Source: Paracoccaceae bacterium (lineage in GTDB: Bacteria; Pseudomonadota; Alphaproteobacteria; Rhodobacterales; Rhodobacteraceae). From it: a stretch of 64,000 nucleotides of DNA. Location: contig JAIXZY010000077.1 in the NCBI GenBank assembly GCA_027489355.1, forward strand, positions 40,339-104,338. The letters run 5' to 3'. Position numbers and translations under genes: made by a program. Every line of letters begins with the position of its first letter. The first letter of the stretch is position 1. The notes below the pieces were generated by a model. That model did not search any database, was not told the origin of the DNA, and worked only from the letters and a program-made list of their open reading frames with translations. Positions 49,584 through 60,541 of this stretch are shown here, one piece after another.

Positions 49584-49638
49584 CCCCCGGGGGTTTCACA
49601 CCCCCGGACCCCCGTGGAGTATTTCTGAAAAGAGCAAG
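49584..49638 (+). repeat. REP-like family B, copy 4
   Basis: CCGGGGG-TTTCACA-CCCCCGG hairpin, ACCCCC, tail GGAGTATTTCTGAAAAGAGCAAG. Confidence 0.7.
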
Positions 49639-49641
49639 TCC

Positions 49642-50670
49642 ATGAGCGGTCTCAGGGATCGCCTGCTGGCACGGGCGCGGGAGGAGGGGTTCTCGAAAGC
49701 GGGTATCTGCCGACCGGAGTCCGCGCCCGAGACGGCGGAACGGTTGAGGGCGTTCCTTGCCGCCGGGCGCCATGGCCAGATGGGCTGGATGGCCGAGCGG
49801 GAGGAGTGGCGCGGCTCGGCGGCGGCGCTGTGGCCCGAGGCGCGGTCGGTGATCATGCTGGCCGAGGCTTATACGCCGGAGGTGGACCCGATGGCCGGGC
49901 TGGCGCGGCCGGACCGGGGGGTGATCTCGGTCTATGCGCAGGGGAAGGATTACCACGACCTGGTGAAGCGGCGGCTGAAGCGGCTGGGGCGGTGGCTGAT
50001 CGACCAGGCGGGGGGAGAGATCAAGGTTTTCGTCGATACGGCGCCGGTGATGGAGAAGCCGCTGGCCCAGGCGGCGGGGCTGGGCTGGCAGGGAAAGCAC
50101 ACCAACCTTCTGGCGCGCGACCTGGGGAACTGGGTGTTCCTGGGGGCGATCTTCACCACGCTGGAGCTGGAGCCGGACGCACCGGAGGTGTCGCATTGCG
50201 GCAGCTGCACCGCCTGCCTGGACATCTGCCCGACCCGCGCGTTCCCCGCGCCTTATCAACTGGATGCGCGGCGGTGCATTTCCTACCTGACGATCGAGCA
50301 CAAGGGTCCGGTGGACCCGGAGCTGCGCGCGCTGATGGGCAACCGTATCTACGGCTGCGATGACTGTCTTGCGGTCTGCCCCTGGAACAAGTTCGCGGTG
50401 GCCGCGACGGAGATCGGCTATCAGCCGAAGCTGGGCCTTGCCGAGCTGGAGGATCTGGCTGCGCTGGATGATGCAGGATTCCGCAGCCGCTTTGCCGGGT
50501 CCCCGATCAAGCGGATTGGACGCGACAGGTTCGTGCGCAATGTGCTTTATGCGATTGGGAACTCGGGCCTCGCGCGGCTGGAAAGCGTGGCGGCGGGGCT
50601 GGTGAACGACGGGGACCCGGCGGTCGCGGATGCGGCGCGCTGGGCGGTGGCCAGACTGAAGGGGGCGTGA
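49642..50670 (+). CDS. queG: Epoxyqueuosine reductase
   Basis: [51 protein letters not shown]. Confidence 0.96.
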   Translation: MSGLRDRLLARAREEGFSKAGICRPESAPETAERLRAFLAAGRHGQMGWMAEREEWRGSAAALWPEARSVIMLAEAYTPEVDPMAGLARPDRGVISVYAQGKDYHDLVKRRLKRLGRWLIDQAGGEIKVFVDTAPVMEKPLAQAAGLGWQGKHTNLLARDLGNWVFLGAIFTTLELEPDAPEVSHCGSCTACLDICPTRAFPAPYQLDARRCISYLTIEHKGPVDPELRALMGNRIYGCDDCLAVCPWNKFAVAATEIGYQPKLGLAELEDLAALDDAGFRSRFAGSPIKRIGRDRFVRNVLYAIGNSGLARLESVAAGLVNDGDPAVADAARWAVARLKGA

Positions 50671-50672
50671 GC

Positions 50673-52201
<1,529 letters not shown>

Positions 52202-53476
52202 TCAGCCCCGGAAGCGATAGGTTTCAAGGCTTTCGGCCTTCATCTGGATGGAAAAGCCGGGCGCGGTGGGGGGCATGTAGGCGGCGTTCCGGATCACGCA
52301 GGGGTCCAGGAAGTGTTCGTGCAGGTGGTCGACGTATTCGATCACCCGGCCCTCGCGGGTGCCGGCGATGCAGAGGTAGTCGATCATCGACATGTGCTGG
52401 ACGTATTCGCAAAGGCCGACGCCCCCGGCATGGGGGCAGACCTTGAGGCCGTATTTCGCGGCCATCAGCATGACGGCGAGCACCTCGTTCAACCCGCCCA
52501 GGCGGCAGGCGTCGATCTGGACGATGTCGATGGCACCTTCCATGATGAACTGCTTGAACAGGATGCGGTTCTGGCACATCTCGCCCGTGGCGACCTGGAC
52601 CGGGGCGACGGATTGCCGGATCTTGCGGTGACCGGCGACGTCGTCCGGCGAGGTCGGTTCCTCGATGAACCAGGGGTTCGCGAAGGACAGATGCTTGACC
52701 CAGTCGATGGCCTGGTCGACTTCCCACACCTGGTTCGCGTCGATCATCAGGTTCACGTCGGATCCGACTTCATCGCGGGCGATGGTCAGGCGGCGCACAT
52801 CATCCTGTAGATCGCGGCCGACCTTCATCTTGATGTGGCGGAAACCGGCATCCACCGCCTCACGGCAGAGGCGGCGGAGCTTGGCGTCGTCGTAGCCAAG
52901 CCATCCGGCCGAGGTGGTGTAGCAGGGGTAGCCTTCGGCCTGGAGGATGGCCAGACGCTCGGGCTTGGTGGCGGCTTTCTCGGTGAGGAACTGCAAGGCC
53001 CAATCGGGAGTGATGCAGTCGGTCAGGTAGCGAAAGTCGATGCAGCGGACGAGGTCTTCGGGCGACATGTCGGCAACGAGTTGCCAGACCGGCTTGCCTT
53101 CCAGCTTGGCCCATAGGTCCCAGACCGCGTTGACGACGGCCCCCGTCGCCAGATGGATGGCGCCCTTGTCGGGGCCGATCCAGCGAAGCTGGCTGTCGCT
53201 GGTCACATGTCGCCAGAAGCGGCCCATGTCCTGTGTCACCCAGGACATGTCCAGACCGACGACAAGGTGGCGCATGGCCTGGATGGCGGCAACGGCGATC
53301 TCGTTGCCGCGGCCGATGGTGAAGGTCAGGCCGTGGCCCTGATGCGGGCCATCGGTTTCCAGGATCACATAGGCCGCGGAATAGTCGGGGTCCGGGTTCA
53401 TCGCGTCGGACCCGTCAAGGTGCTCCGAGGTCGGGAAGCGGACGTCGACGGTGCGCAGGCCGGTGATCTTGGTCAT
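52202..53476 (-). CDS. fucD: L-fuconate dehydratase (enolase superfamily)
   Basis: DVRFPTS, GSDAMNPDPDYSAAYV, TSDSQLRWIGP, KMKVG, DANQ, IEEPTSPDD, TGE, CPHAGGVGLCE. Confidence 0.92.
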   Translation of the reverse strand: MTKITGLRTVDVRFPTSEHLDGSDAMNPDPDYSAAYVILETDGPHQGHGLTFTIGRGNEIAVAAIQAMRHLVVGLDMSWVTQDMGRFWRHVTSDSQLRWIGPDKGAIHLATGAVVNAVWDLWAKLEGKPVWQLVADMSPEDLVRCIDFRYLTDCITPDWALQFLTEKAATKPERLAILQAEGYPCYTTSAGWLGYDDAKLRRLCREAVDAGFRHIKMKVGRDLQDDVRRLTIARDEVGSDVNLMIDANQVWEVDQAIDWVKHLSFANPWFIEEPTSPDDVAGHRKIRQSVAPVQVATGEMCQNRILFKQFIMEGAIDIVQIDACRLGGLNEVLAVMLMAAKYGLKVCPHAGGVGLCEYVQHMSMIDYLCIAGTREGRVIEYVDHLHEHFLDPCVIRNAAYMPPTAPGFSIQMKAESLETYRFRG

Positions 53477-54327
53477 GTGCGGACGACCTTCTGGGTCTGG
53501 GTGCCAAGGCCGTCGATCCCCAGCCGCATGACCTCGCCACCCTTGAGGTAGACCGGCGGCTTCTGGCCAAGGCCGACGCCGGGCGGGGTGCCGGTGGAGA
53601 TGACGTCGCCGGGCTCCAGCGACATGAAACGCGAGAGGTAGGAGACGATGTGCGCGACGCCGAAGATCATCGTGGCGGTGGAGCCATTCTGGTAGCGGTG
53701 GCCGTCGACGTCGAGCCACATCTTCAGGTTGGCGATGTCGCCGGCCTCGTCCTTCGTCACCAGCCAGGGGCCGGTGGGGCCGAAGGTGTCGCAGCCCTTG
53801 CCCTTGTCCCAGGTGCCACCGCGTTCGGTCTGGTATTCGCGCTCGGACACGTCGTTGATGACGCAGTAGCCGGCGACGTGGTCCAGCGCGTTGGCCTCGT
53901 CGATGTACTTGCCGCCGGTGCCGATGACGACGCCCAGCTCCACCTCCCAGTCGGTCTTGACCGAGCCGCGGGGGATTTCGACGTCGTCGTCGGGGCCGCA
54001 CATGGCGGTGATCCACTTGTTGAAGACGACAGGCTCGGACGGGATCGCGGCGCCGGTTTCGGCGGCGTGGTCGGCGTAGTTCAGGCCGATGCAGATGAAT
54101 TTGCGGGTGCCACCGACGCAGGGGCCGAGGCGCAGGTCCTGTTGCGGCGTGCCGGGGACAAGCGGGAGCGTCGCGGGGTCCAGCGCGGCAAGGCGTTTCA
54201 GACCCTCGGGCGAAAGCGCGTCGCCGCCGATGTCGGTGACATGGGCAGACAGGTCGCGGACCTGGCCGTTGGCATCCAGCAGACCCGGCTTTTCGGCCCC
54301 TTTGGCCCCGTAGCGCAGCAGTTTCAT
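53473..54327 (-). CDS. FAH-family hydrolase (2,4-diketo-3-deoxy-L-fuconate hydrolase type)
   Basis: CIGLNYADH, DWEVELG, NDVSER, KGKGCDTFGP, TGTPPGVG. Confidence 0.85.
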   Translation of the reverse strand: MKLLRYGAKGAEKPGLLDANGQVRDLSAHVTDIGGDALSPEGLKRLAALDPATLPLVPGTPQQDLRLGPCVGGTRKFICIGLNYADHAAETGAAIPSEPVVFNKWITAMCGPDDDVEIPRGSVKTDWEVELGVVIGTGGKYIDEANALDHVAGYCVINDVSEREYQTERGGTWDKGKGCDTFGPTGPWLVTKDEAGDIANLKMWLDVDGHRYQNGSTATMIFGVAHIVSYLSRFMSLEPGDVISTGTPPGVGLGQKPPVYLKGGEVMRLGIDGLGTQTQKVVRT

Positions 54328-55175
54328 GGCGTATCCTCTTCCAATTCGTAGAATTTCACGGCGTTTCCACCCAGGATCGCCTGCCGTTCTTCGGGCGTCA
54401 GCCCTTCCAGCAGGCGGTCGGTCAGGTGCTCCCACAGGTCGTGAGATCCGGCGAGGGTCAGGACAGGCCAGTCCGACCCCCAGAGCAGGCGGTTGGGGCC
54501 GAACAGGCGCAGCACCTCGTCCACGACGGGGCGCAGGACGGCGAGCGCGGAGTCGGGCGTGCGGAGCGGTTCGGCGAGTTCGGTCAGAAGGCCGGAGAGC
54601 TTGCAGTGGACCTGCGGGAAGGCGGCCATCGCAGCCATTCCCTCGCGCCAGGCAGGGTCGAGCGGGGCCATCCGCGGCTTGGCGCAATGGTCGATGACCA
54701 TCGGCAGGTCGGGCCAAGCCGCGGCGAAGCGGGCGAGGTGGGTCAGGTGGCGGGCAAAGACCAGGGCGTCGAAGCGCAGGCCAAGGTTTTGCACGGTTCG
54801 CAGGACAGTGGCGTCGGGGCGGGTGGTGATCCAGTCATCCTCGGCCAGGTCCTGCAGCATTGGTCGGATGCCCTTGAGCCGGGGGTTGCGGGCGAGATCG
54901 GCAAGGGTTTCGACGGTTTCAATATGGGTCAGGTCCACCCAGCCGACCACGCCAGCGATCAGCGGATGCCGGGCCGCGAGGTCGAGAAGATAGCGCGTCT
55001 CGGCCACGCTGTCGGCGGCCTGCACGGCGATGACGCGGCGGCTCTGGTTCAAGGCGGCAAGGTCGTCGGGGGTAAAGACGCGGCGCAGCGGGTCCAGCGT
55101 CGGCGGACCGGCGTCGAGCCAGCCGTAATCGCCCCGCGACGGGTCCCAGAAATGGCAATGCGCGTCGATCCGCAT
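54324..55175 (-). CDS. Amidohydrolase-family L-fuconolactonase
   Basis: IDAHCHFW, AVQA, GIRP, IDHCAKP, KLSG, WGSDWPV. Confidence 0.85.
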   Translation of the reverse strand: MRIDAHCHFWDPSRGDYGWLDAGPPTLDPLRRVFTPDDLAALNQSRRVIAVQAADSVAETRYLLDLAARHPLIAGVVGWVDLTHIETVETLADLARNPRLKGIRPMLQDLAEDDWITTRPDATVLRTVQNLGLRFDALVFARHLTHLARFAAAWPDLPMVIDHCAKPRMAPLDPAWREGMAAMAAFPQVHCKLSGLLTELAEPLRTPDSALAVLRPVVDEVLRLFGPNRLLWGSDWPVLTLAGSHDLWEHLTDRLLEGLTPEERQAILGGNAVKFYELEEDTP

Positions 55176-55909
55176 CAGATGGTGACGCCGCCGTCGACCA
55201 GGCAGGCCTGGCCCGAGACGAAGCGGCTTTCGTCGGAGAGGAGGAAGACGACCATCGGGGTGATATCGTCGGTCGTGGCAAGCCGGCCCATCGGCTGGCG
55301 GGCGATGAAGTCCTTTTCTGCCTGGATCGGGTCGGCGGCGGCGGCGATGCGGCCCCGCAGGCTGGGGGTGTCGACCGTGCCGGGGCAAAGCGCGTTGCAC
55401 CGCAGGCCCGTCTTGACGAAATCGGCGGCGATGGCCTTGGTCAGGCCGATCACGGCGGCCTTGGTCGCGCCATAAGCGGTGCGGTTGGGGAAGCCTTTGA
55501 TCGACGAAGCCATCGAGGCCATGTTCAGGATCGAGGTGCCGCCGGTTTCCTTCGCGCGGTCGAGCATTCCGGGCAGGAAGGCGCGGCAGGTGTGGAACAT
55601 CGACTTCACGTTCAGGTCGAAGGAGAAGTCCCAGTCGGCCTCGGTCACGTCTAGGATGGTGCCGTTCGCCACGTAGCCCGCGCAGTTGAACAGGCCGTCA
55701 AGCTTCGGCAGCCGGTCCCGCAGTGCGGTGATCGCGGCGGGGTCGGTGACGTCCAGCGGATGGGTCTCCATTTCGAGGCCCGACAGTAGGGCGGGGTCGC
55801 GGTCCGTGGCGATCACGCGGGCGCCCTGCGCGGCGCAGGCGATGGCGCTGGCGCGGCCGATGCCCTGGCCGGCGGCCGTGATCAGGATAGTCTTGTCCTT
55901 CAGCCGCAT
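55175..55909 (-). CDS. 2-keto-3-deoxy-L-fuconate dehydrogenase (SDR)
   Basis: ITAAGQGIG, FNCAG, NMAS, YGATKAAVIGLTK, CPGTVDTPSL, ARQPMGRL. Confidence 0.85.
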   Translation of the reverse strand: MRLKDKTILITAAGQGIGRASAIACAAQGARVIATDRDPALLSGLEMETHPLDVTDPAAITALRDRLPKLDGLFNCAGYVANGTILDVTEADWDFSFDLNVKSMFHTCRAFLPGMLDRAKETGGTSILNMASMASSIKGFPNRTAYGATKAAVIGLTKAIAADFVKTGLRCNALCPGTVDTPSLRGRIAAAADPIQAEKDFIARQPMGRLATTDDITPMVVFLLSDESRFVSGQACLVDGGVTI

Positions 55910-56066
55910 GATCCCCCCCGCCGCTTCCGGGGGTGAGACTAGTCGCGGGGAAAGCCGGAGGGCAAGCGGTTCTCGGCCGGGTCGAGCGCAAGGGTAGCAA
56001 GAGGGTTGGCGCGGCAGCGATTCGGGTGCAGGATGAGGGTTCTGCAGCAGCCTGGGGAGGAGAAGC

Positions 56067-56234
56067 ATGAGCCGTCATCTTGCCGATCATCGCAGCCGGA
56101 CAACCGGCGGCCGGGTGAAGCACTTCCTGCGGCTGTCCCGCACCCCGCGCGAGACTTGGCAGCGGCCGAGGGGAACCTCGGGTGCGGCGCGATTGATCCA
56201 GTTCCTGCGGATCGAGAAGGGGCGCACCGTCTGA
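56067..56234 (+). CDS. Small basic protein, 55 aa (below the ORF-track cutoff)
   Basis: GGAGGAG then ATG; MSRHLADHRSRTTGGRVKHFLRLSRTPRETWQRPRGTSGAARLIQFLRIEKGRTV; fills an otherwise empty gap. Confidence 0.6.
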   Translation: MSRHLADHRSRTTGGRVKHFLRLSRTPRETWQRPRGTSGAARLIQFLRIEKGRTV

Positions 56235-56302
56235 TCCCTCACACGGAACGGGACTGCCAGGCGGCGCTTTTCAAAGGCTTGCCGGTGGACGTTAGGGGTG
56301 TG

Positions 56303-56734
56303 TCAGGCTTTTGCCGGTTTCAGCTTGTCGCGCAGCGCAGCCAGGATATCGCGAAGGTCGGCGAGGTCTGACAGCGGCAGTCCGGTCTTCTCGGCGAAGG
56401 CGCGGGGTACACCCTGCGCCCGTTCGGCGAGCGCGCGGCCGTCCTCGGTCAGGGACAGGCGCACCTGGCGTTCGTCCTGCGCCCCGCGGCTGCGCTTGAG
56501 CCACCCCGCGCTTTCCATGCGCTTGAGCAGGGGGGTGAGCGTGTTCGATTCCAGCCGAAGCTCGCCCCCAAGCTGGCCGACCGTCTGATCGTCCCGGACG
56601 TTCAGCGAGGAGAGGACGAGATACTGCGGATAGGTCAGCCCCAGCGGTTGCAGCAAGGGCGCATAGGCTGCGTGCACCGCATGGGCGGTCGAGTGCAGCG
56701 CGAAGCAAAGCATGTCGGCGGGGGCGAGGGTCAT
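56303..56734 (-). CDS. ohrR: Organic hydroperoxide resistance repressor (MarR family)
   Basis: LCFALHS, LGLTYPQYLVL, TLTPLLKRME, DERQV; divergent from ohr. Confidence 0.9.
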   Translation of the reverse strand: MTLAPADMLCFALHSTAHAVHAAYAPLLQPLGLTYPQYLVLSSLNVRDDQTVGQLGGELRLESNTLTPLLKRMESAGWLKRSRGAQDERQVRLSLTEDGRALAERAQGVPRAFAEKTGLPLSDLADLRDILAALRDKLKPAKA

Positions 56735-56747
56735 ATCGGAAGCTTAG

Positions 56748-56808
56748 ATCGCGTGCGATTGAAATGCAATTGACTTCTGATAGCGCGTCAATATATATCG
56801 TGCACGAT
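56748..56808. promoter_or_regulatory. Two candidate OhrR operators
   Basis: ATCGCGTGCGAT (56748-56759) and perfect ATCGTGCACGAT (56797-56808) in AT-rich flanks. Confidence 0.7.
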
Positions 56809-56829
56809 CTAAATTTCAGGAGAATGGCG

Positions 56830-57258
56830 ATGTCGGTTGATGCAAAGTATTGGGCGGAAGCGAAGGCCACCGGTGGCGGGCGCAACGGGATGTCCGGGTT
56901 GGTGAACGGCCAACTGACCGTGACGATGACCAGCCCGAAGGAGTTGGGCGGGTCTGGGCTGGGCCATAACCCGGAAGAACTGTTCGCGGTCGGCTACGCC
57001 GCGTGCTACCTAGGCGCGATGCGGTTCGTCGCGAAGAACGAAAAGCTAGGCACCGTCCCGGACGATGCGTCGGTCAATGCGCATGTGGGCATCGGCCCGC
57101 GGCCCGAGGGCGGTTTTGCGCTGAGCGTGCGGCTGGTGGTGAAGATGCCGGGCGTTGACAAGGCGGTGGCCGAAAAGATCGCCGAGCTTGGCCATTTCAT
57201 CTGCCCCTATTCGCATGCGACGAAGGGCAATATCGACGTCGTGACGGAAGTCGTCTGA
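56830..57258 (+). CDS. ohr: Organic hydroperoxide resistance protein
   Basis: GGRNG, NPEELFAVGYAACY, HFICPYS. Confidence 0.94.
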   Translation: MSVDAKYWAEAKATGGGRNGMSGLVNGQLTVTMTSPKELGGSGLGHNPEELFAVGYAACYLGAMRFVAKNEKLGTVPDDASVNAHVGIGPRPEGGFALSVRLVVKMPGVDKAVAEKIAELGHFICPYSHATKGNIDVVTEVV

Positions 57259-57268
57259 CACCAAGACC

Positions 57269-57295
57269 GGCCTGACCGGGGTATCCGGTCGGGCC
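57269..57295. terminator. Hairpin between convergent ohr and the membrane-protein gene
   Basis: GGCCTGACCGG-GGTAT-CCGGTCGGGCC. Confidence 0.55.
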
Positions 57296-57300
57296 GACCC

Positions 57301-58095
57301 TCAGGCGCCCAGCGGCTGCGGGGTCGCGCGCGAACCGTCCGGCACAAGGGTGATGGCGGTCGCAAAACTTGCGACCAGCATCTCGCCCCCATCCTCGATC
57401 ATGCCGAAAAGTTGCGCCAGGACCGAGGCGATCGAGGTCCCATAGGTCAAGTGGGCAATGACGGAGTGGATCGCGTCGACGCCCACGCCGAAGAATCCCA
57501 GGACCAGAACGATCAGCAGATAGCGGCGGCTCAGAAGCCGCGAGGCGTGGTCCCGCTGGCGCAGAAGGATGGCGACGATGGACAGGGACAACAGGCCCAT
57601 CGCGCCGAAGACGGCCAGCTCACCCACGTCCTTGCCGTCGAACAGGGCGGAATCGTGCAGGTCCAGCCATTCGGACAGGCTGCTGCCGACATGTTCGTGC
57701 ACCTGGAAGGAATCGTCGATCAGGATGATCAGGAATACGACGGCCCACAGCACCGGGGCAAGCCAGCGGTCACGCAGGCTGGTCCAGGCCAGGGCGATGC
57801 AGATCACCAGCCATTTCAGATAATTGAAATCCTCAGGCAGGGCGCGGTCTTCGGTGATCTTCAGCAGTGTCGGGACGTTCGAGATCAGGTGCGCGTCCTT
57901 GGCGACGGCCGCGACAACGTTGACCAGGATGAACGCGAAGTCGATCGAAAGAAGGATCAGAAGCAGGGTGCGAAAGCGCAGGGTCACGAAGGAAAACGGG
58001 CGGGTCAAGGCAGCCTCTTCACTGTGCCGGAGCGGCAAGTGCAACTTGGAACCAATGTTTGCCGGAACCTCGGCGGAAAACACTTTGGGCATCAC
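57301..58095 (-). CDS. Hypothetical multi-pass membrane protein (start uncertain)
   Basis: About 6 hydrophobic segments; LIDDSFQVHE, GELAV, FFGVGVDAIH, EDGGEM. Confidence 0.6.
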   Translation of the reverse strand: MMPKVFSAEVPANIGSKLHLPLRHSEEAALTRPFSFVTLRFRTLLLILLSIDFAFILVNVVAAVAKDAHLISNVPTLLKITEDRALPEDFNYLKWLVICIALAWTSLRDRWLAPVLWAVVFLIILIDDSFQVHEHVGSSLSEWLDLHDSALFDGKDVGELAVFGAMGLLSLSIVAILLRQRDHASRLLSRRYLLIVLVLGFFGVGVDAIHSVIAHLTYGTSIASVLAQLFGMIEDGGEMLVASFATAITLVPDGSRATPQPLGA

Positions 58096-58236
58096 GACGG
58101 ACTTCGTCCTGCAGGCTTACCATTGGCGCCGGGCTTGCATCAAGAAAAGGGCGGCAAGATGACGAAAGCTTGAGAACCACTCCGAAAGCGAAGTTTCCCG
58201 CCCGGCGCTTGCGCCCCTGCCTGAAAAAGCGCCAGT

Positions 58237-58259
58237 CCCCGGCCGTGCGACGGCCGGGG
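58237..58259 (-). terminator. Terminator-like hairpin after ilvE
   Basis: CCCCGGCCGT-GCG-ACGGCCGGGG; A5 tract at 58224-58228. Confidence 0.6.
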
Positions 58260-58274
58260 TCCAGCCGCCCGTCG

Positions 58275-59141
58275 TCAGGAGCGGACAAGTTTTTCGTATT
58301 CGGTCGCGACTCGGCGGGTCAGGTCGCCCACCTCGAAGGTGTAGTCGCCGATCTGGCCCACGGGCGTGACTTCGGCCGCGGTGCCGGTCAGCCAGCACTG
58401 TTCGAAAGTCGCCAGTTCCTCGGGCTTGATGTAGCGTTCGTGGACCTTGATCTGCATGTCCTTCAGCATCCCGATCACGGTCTGCCGGGTGATGCCGTTC
58501 AGGATGCAGTCCGGGTTCGGCGTGTGCACTTCGCCGTCCTTGACGAAGAAGATATTGGCGCCCGTCGCCTCGGCCACATAGCCGCGGTAGTCGTAGAACA
58601 GCGCGTCCGAGCAGCCCTTGGCCATCGCGGCATGCTTGGACATGGTGCAGATCATGTAGAGCCCGGCAGCCTTGGCGGCAGTGGGGATGGTTTCAGGCGA
58701 AGGCCGCTTCCACTTGGCGATGTCGAGCTTTGCCCCCTTCATCTTGGCGTCGCCGTAATAGGCGCCCCAGGACCAGCAGGCGATCGCAAGGCGGACGGGG
58801 TTCCCCAGCGAGGCGACCCCCATCTCGTCGCCCGCGCCCCGGAAGGCGATGGCGCGGACATAGGCATCGGTCAGGCCGTTGGCCTTCAGGACCTCTTCCT
58901 TCGCCGCGTCGATCTGTTCGGCCGTGTAGGGGATCGGCATGTCGAGCAGCCGGCCGGATTCCAGAAGGCGCAGCGAATGTTCGTGGCTTTTGAAGATCTT
59001 GCCGTTGTAGCAGCGTTCGCCTTCGAAGACCGAGGACGCGTAGTGAAGCGCGTGGGTCAGGATGTGGACGTTCGCGGAACGCCATTCCACCAGCTTGCCA
59101 TCCATCCAGATGAACCCGTCGCGATCGTCGTATCCTGCCAT
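58275..59141 (-). CDS. ilvE: Branched-chain amino acid aminotransferase
   Basis: HALHYASSVFEGER, AKAAGLY, EATGANIFFV, LNGITR, GTAAEVTPV. Confidence 0.95.
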   Translation of the reverse strand: MAGYDDRDGFIWMDGKLVEWRSANVHILTHALHYASSVFEGERCYNGKIFKSHEHSLRLLESGRLLDMPIPYTAEQIDAAKEEVLKANGLTDAYVRAIAFRGAGDEMGVASLGNPVRLAIACWSWGAYYGDAKMKGAKLDIAKWKRPSPETIPTAAKAAGLYMICTMSKHAAMAKGCSDALFYDYRGYVAEATGANIFFVKDGEVHTPNPDCILNGITRQTVIGMLKDMQIKVHERYIKPEELATFEQCWLTGTAAEVTPVGQIGDYTFEVGDLTRRVATEYEKLVRS

Positions 59142-59239
59142 CCTGGCCTCCCACCTTTGCGAATGTTGCGCCTGAAACGTCCGCTTCGGACAGATTCTTG
59201 CGCGAAATCGGGGCAGGGTTACGGGTTCGTGCTTGGAAA

Positions 59240-59254
59240 GTCAACAAGGCTGAC
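59240..59254. promoter_or_regulatory. GTCA-N7-TGAC inverted repeat upstream of petP
   Basis: GTCAACAAGGCTGAC in the ilvE/petP divergent region. Confidence 0.45.
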
Positions 59255-59282
59255 GTAAATTCACCGGGAAGGAGTGTGGCGG

Positions 59283-59777
59283 ATGGCAGAGACACCCGGC
59301 GGCGAGAGCCTGCTGTTCCTGACGGATGAACAGCTGCGGAAGGGGATCGAGGCGATGTTCTTCGCCTATCGCGGATTCACCGCAGACCCGGACCGGATTC
59401 TGGAAGGCAAGGACTATGGCCGGGCGCATCACCGGGCGATCCATTTCATTCACCGCAGCCCCGGGACGACAGTGTCGAACCTGATGTCCATCCTGGGGGT
59501 GACGAAGCAGTCGCTCAATCGGGTGTTGCGGACCTTGATCGATGATGGTCTCGTTCGCAGCGAGAAGGGAAAGCTGGATGCGCGGGAACGGCATCTGCAT
59601 CTGACGGAAAAGGGATTGATGCTGGAGCGCGAGTTGTCGGATGCGCAGCGGGCACGGATGCGCGCGGCCTACCGGGCGGCAGGGCCTCAGGCCGTGGCGG
59701 GCTTCCGGCAGGTGCTGGAGGCGATGATGGACCCGGAAATGCGCCGCCAGTACAACCGCCTGAAGGAGGGCGGCTGA
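59283..59777 (+). CDS. petP: MarR-family regulator PetP
   Basis: LFLTDEQLRKGIEAMFFAYRGFTADPD, VTKQSLNRVLR; TGATG coupling to an OmpR-type gene. Confidence 0.8.
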   Translation: MAETPGGESLLFLTDEQLRKGIEAMFFAYRGFTADPDRILEGKDYGRAHHRAIHFIHRSPGTTVSNLMSILGVTKQSLNRVLRTLIDDGLVRSEKGKLDARERHLHLTEKGLMLERELSDAQRARMRAAYRAAGPQAVAGFRQVLEAMMDPEMRRQYNRLKEGG

Positions 59778-60472
59778 TGGTTCCGGACGCGCATCTGCTG
59801 ATCGTCGATGACGACGAACGGATTCGGGGGCTGTTGCAGAAGTTCCTGATGCGGAACGGGTTCCTGGTGTCCGTCGCCCGGGACGCGGCGCAGGCGCGGA
59901 AGATCCTGGGCGGGCTGGAGTTCGACCTGATCGTCATGGACGTGATGATGCCGGGCGAGGACGGGGTGACGCTGACCCGCGATCTGCGGAAGAAGATGGC
60001 GACTCCGATCCTGCTTTTGACCGCGCGGGGCGAGACGGCGAACCGGATCGAGGGGCTGGAAGCGGGGGCGGACGATTACCTGGTCAAGCCGTTCGAACCG
60101 AAAGAACTGCTGCTGCGGATCAACGCGATCCTGCGGCGGGTGCCGGTGGTGAAGCCGACGGAGCCCGTGCGGCAGGTGCTGCACCTGGGGGCGGTGCGCT
60201 ATGACGCGGACCGGGGCGAGATGTGGCGCGGCGAAGTGCCGGTGCGGCTGACGGCAACCGAGGCGCAGTTGATGCGGATCTTCGCGGCTCAGCCCGGGGT
60301 GGCGCTGAGCCGGGAGAAGCTGGTCACCGAGACGGGCGGCGAAGATGCAGCGCAGGAGCGGGCGGTGGACGTGCAGATCACCCGGCTGCGGCGGAAGATC
60401 GAGGAGGACCCGAAGGCGCCGCGCTACCTGCAGACGGTGCGGGGCGAGGGCTATATGCTGCAGCCGGATTGA
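59777..60472 (+). CDS. petR: OmpR-family response regulator PetR
   Basis: IVDDD, MDVMMPGEDG, ADDYLVKPF, RAVDVQITRLRRKIE, QTVRGEGY. Confidence 0.82.
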   Translation: MVPDAHLLIVDDDERIRGLLQKFLMRNGFLVSVARDAAQARKILGGLEFDLIVMDVMMPGEDGVTLTRDLRKKMATPILLLTARGETANRIEGLEAGADDYLVKPFEPKELLLRINAILRRVPVVKPTEPVRQVLHLGAVRYDADRGEMWRGEVPVRLTATEAQLMRIFAAQPGVALSREKLVTETGGEDAAQERAVDVQITRLRRKIEEDPKAPRYLQTVRGEGYMLQPD

Positions 60473-60482
60473 GCTGTGTCAG

Positions 60483-60532
60483 CCCCCCGGGGCGCTGCCC
60501 CGGACCCCGGGATACTTGTTCCAGTATGAAAG
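60483..60532 (+). repeat. REP-like family B, copy 5
   Basis: CCGGGGC-GCT-GCCCCGG hairpin, ACCCC, tail GGATACTTGTTCCAGTATGAAAG. Confidence 0.72.
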
Positions 60533-60541
60533 GGCTTTGTC

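Noticed and set aside
55910-56302. Hairpins (CCGAGG-GGAA-CCTCGG, GATCC...GGATC) suggesting a riboswitch or sRNA
   Set aside because: No cobalamin, TPP, SAM or glycine riboswitch core was found on either strand; the hairpins lie inside the 55-aa ORF, which explains the region better
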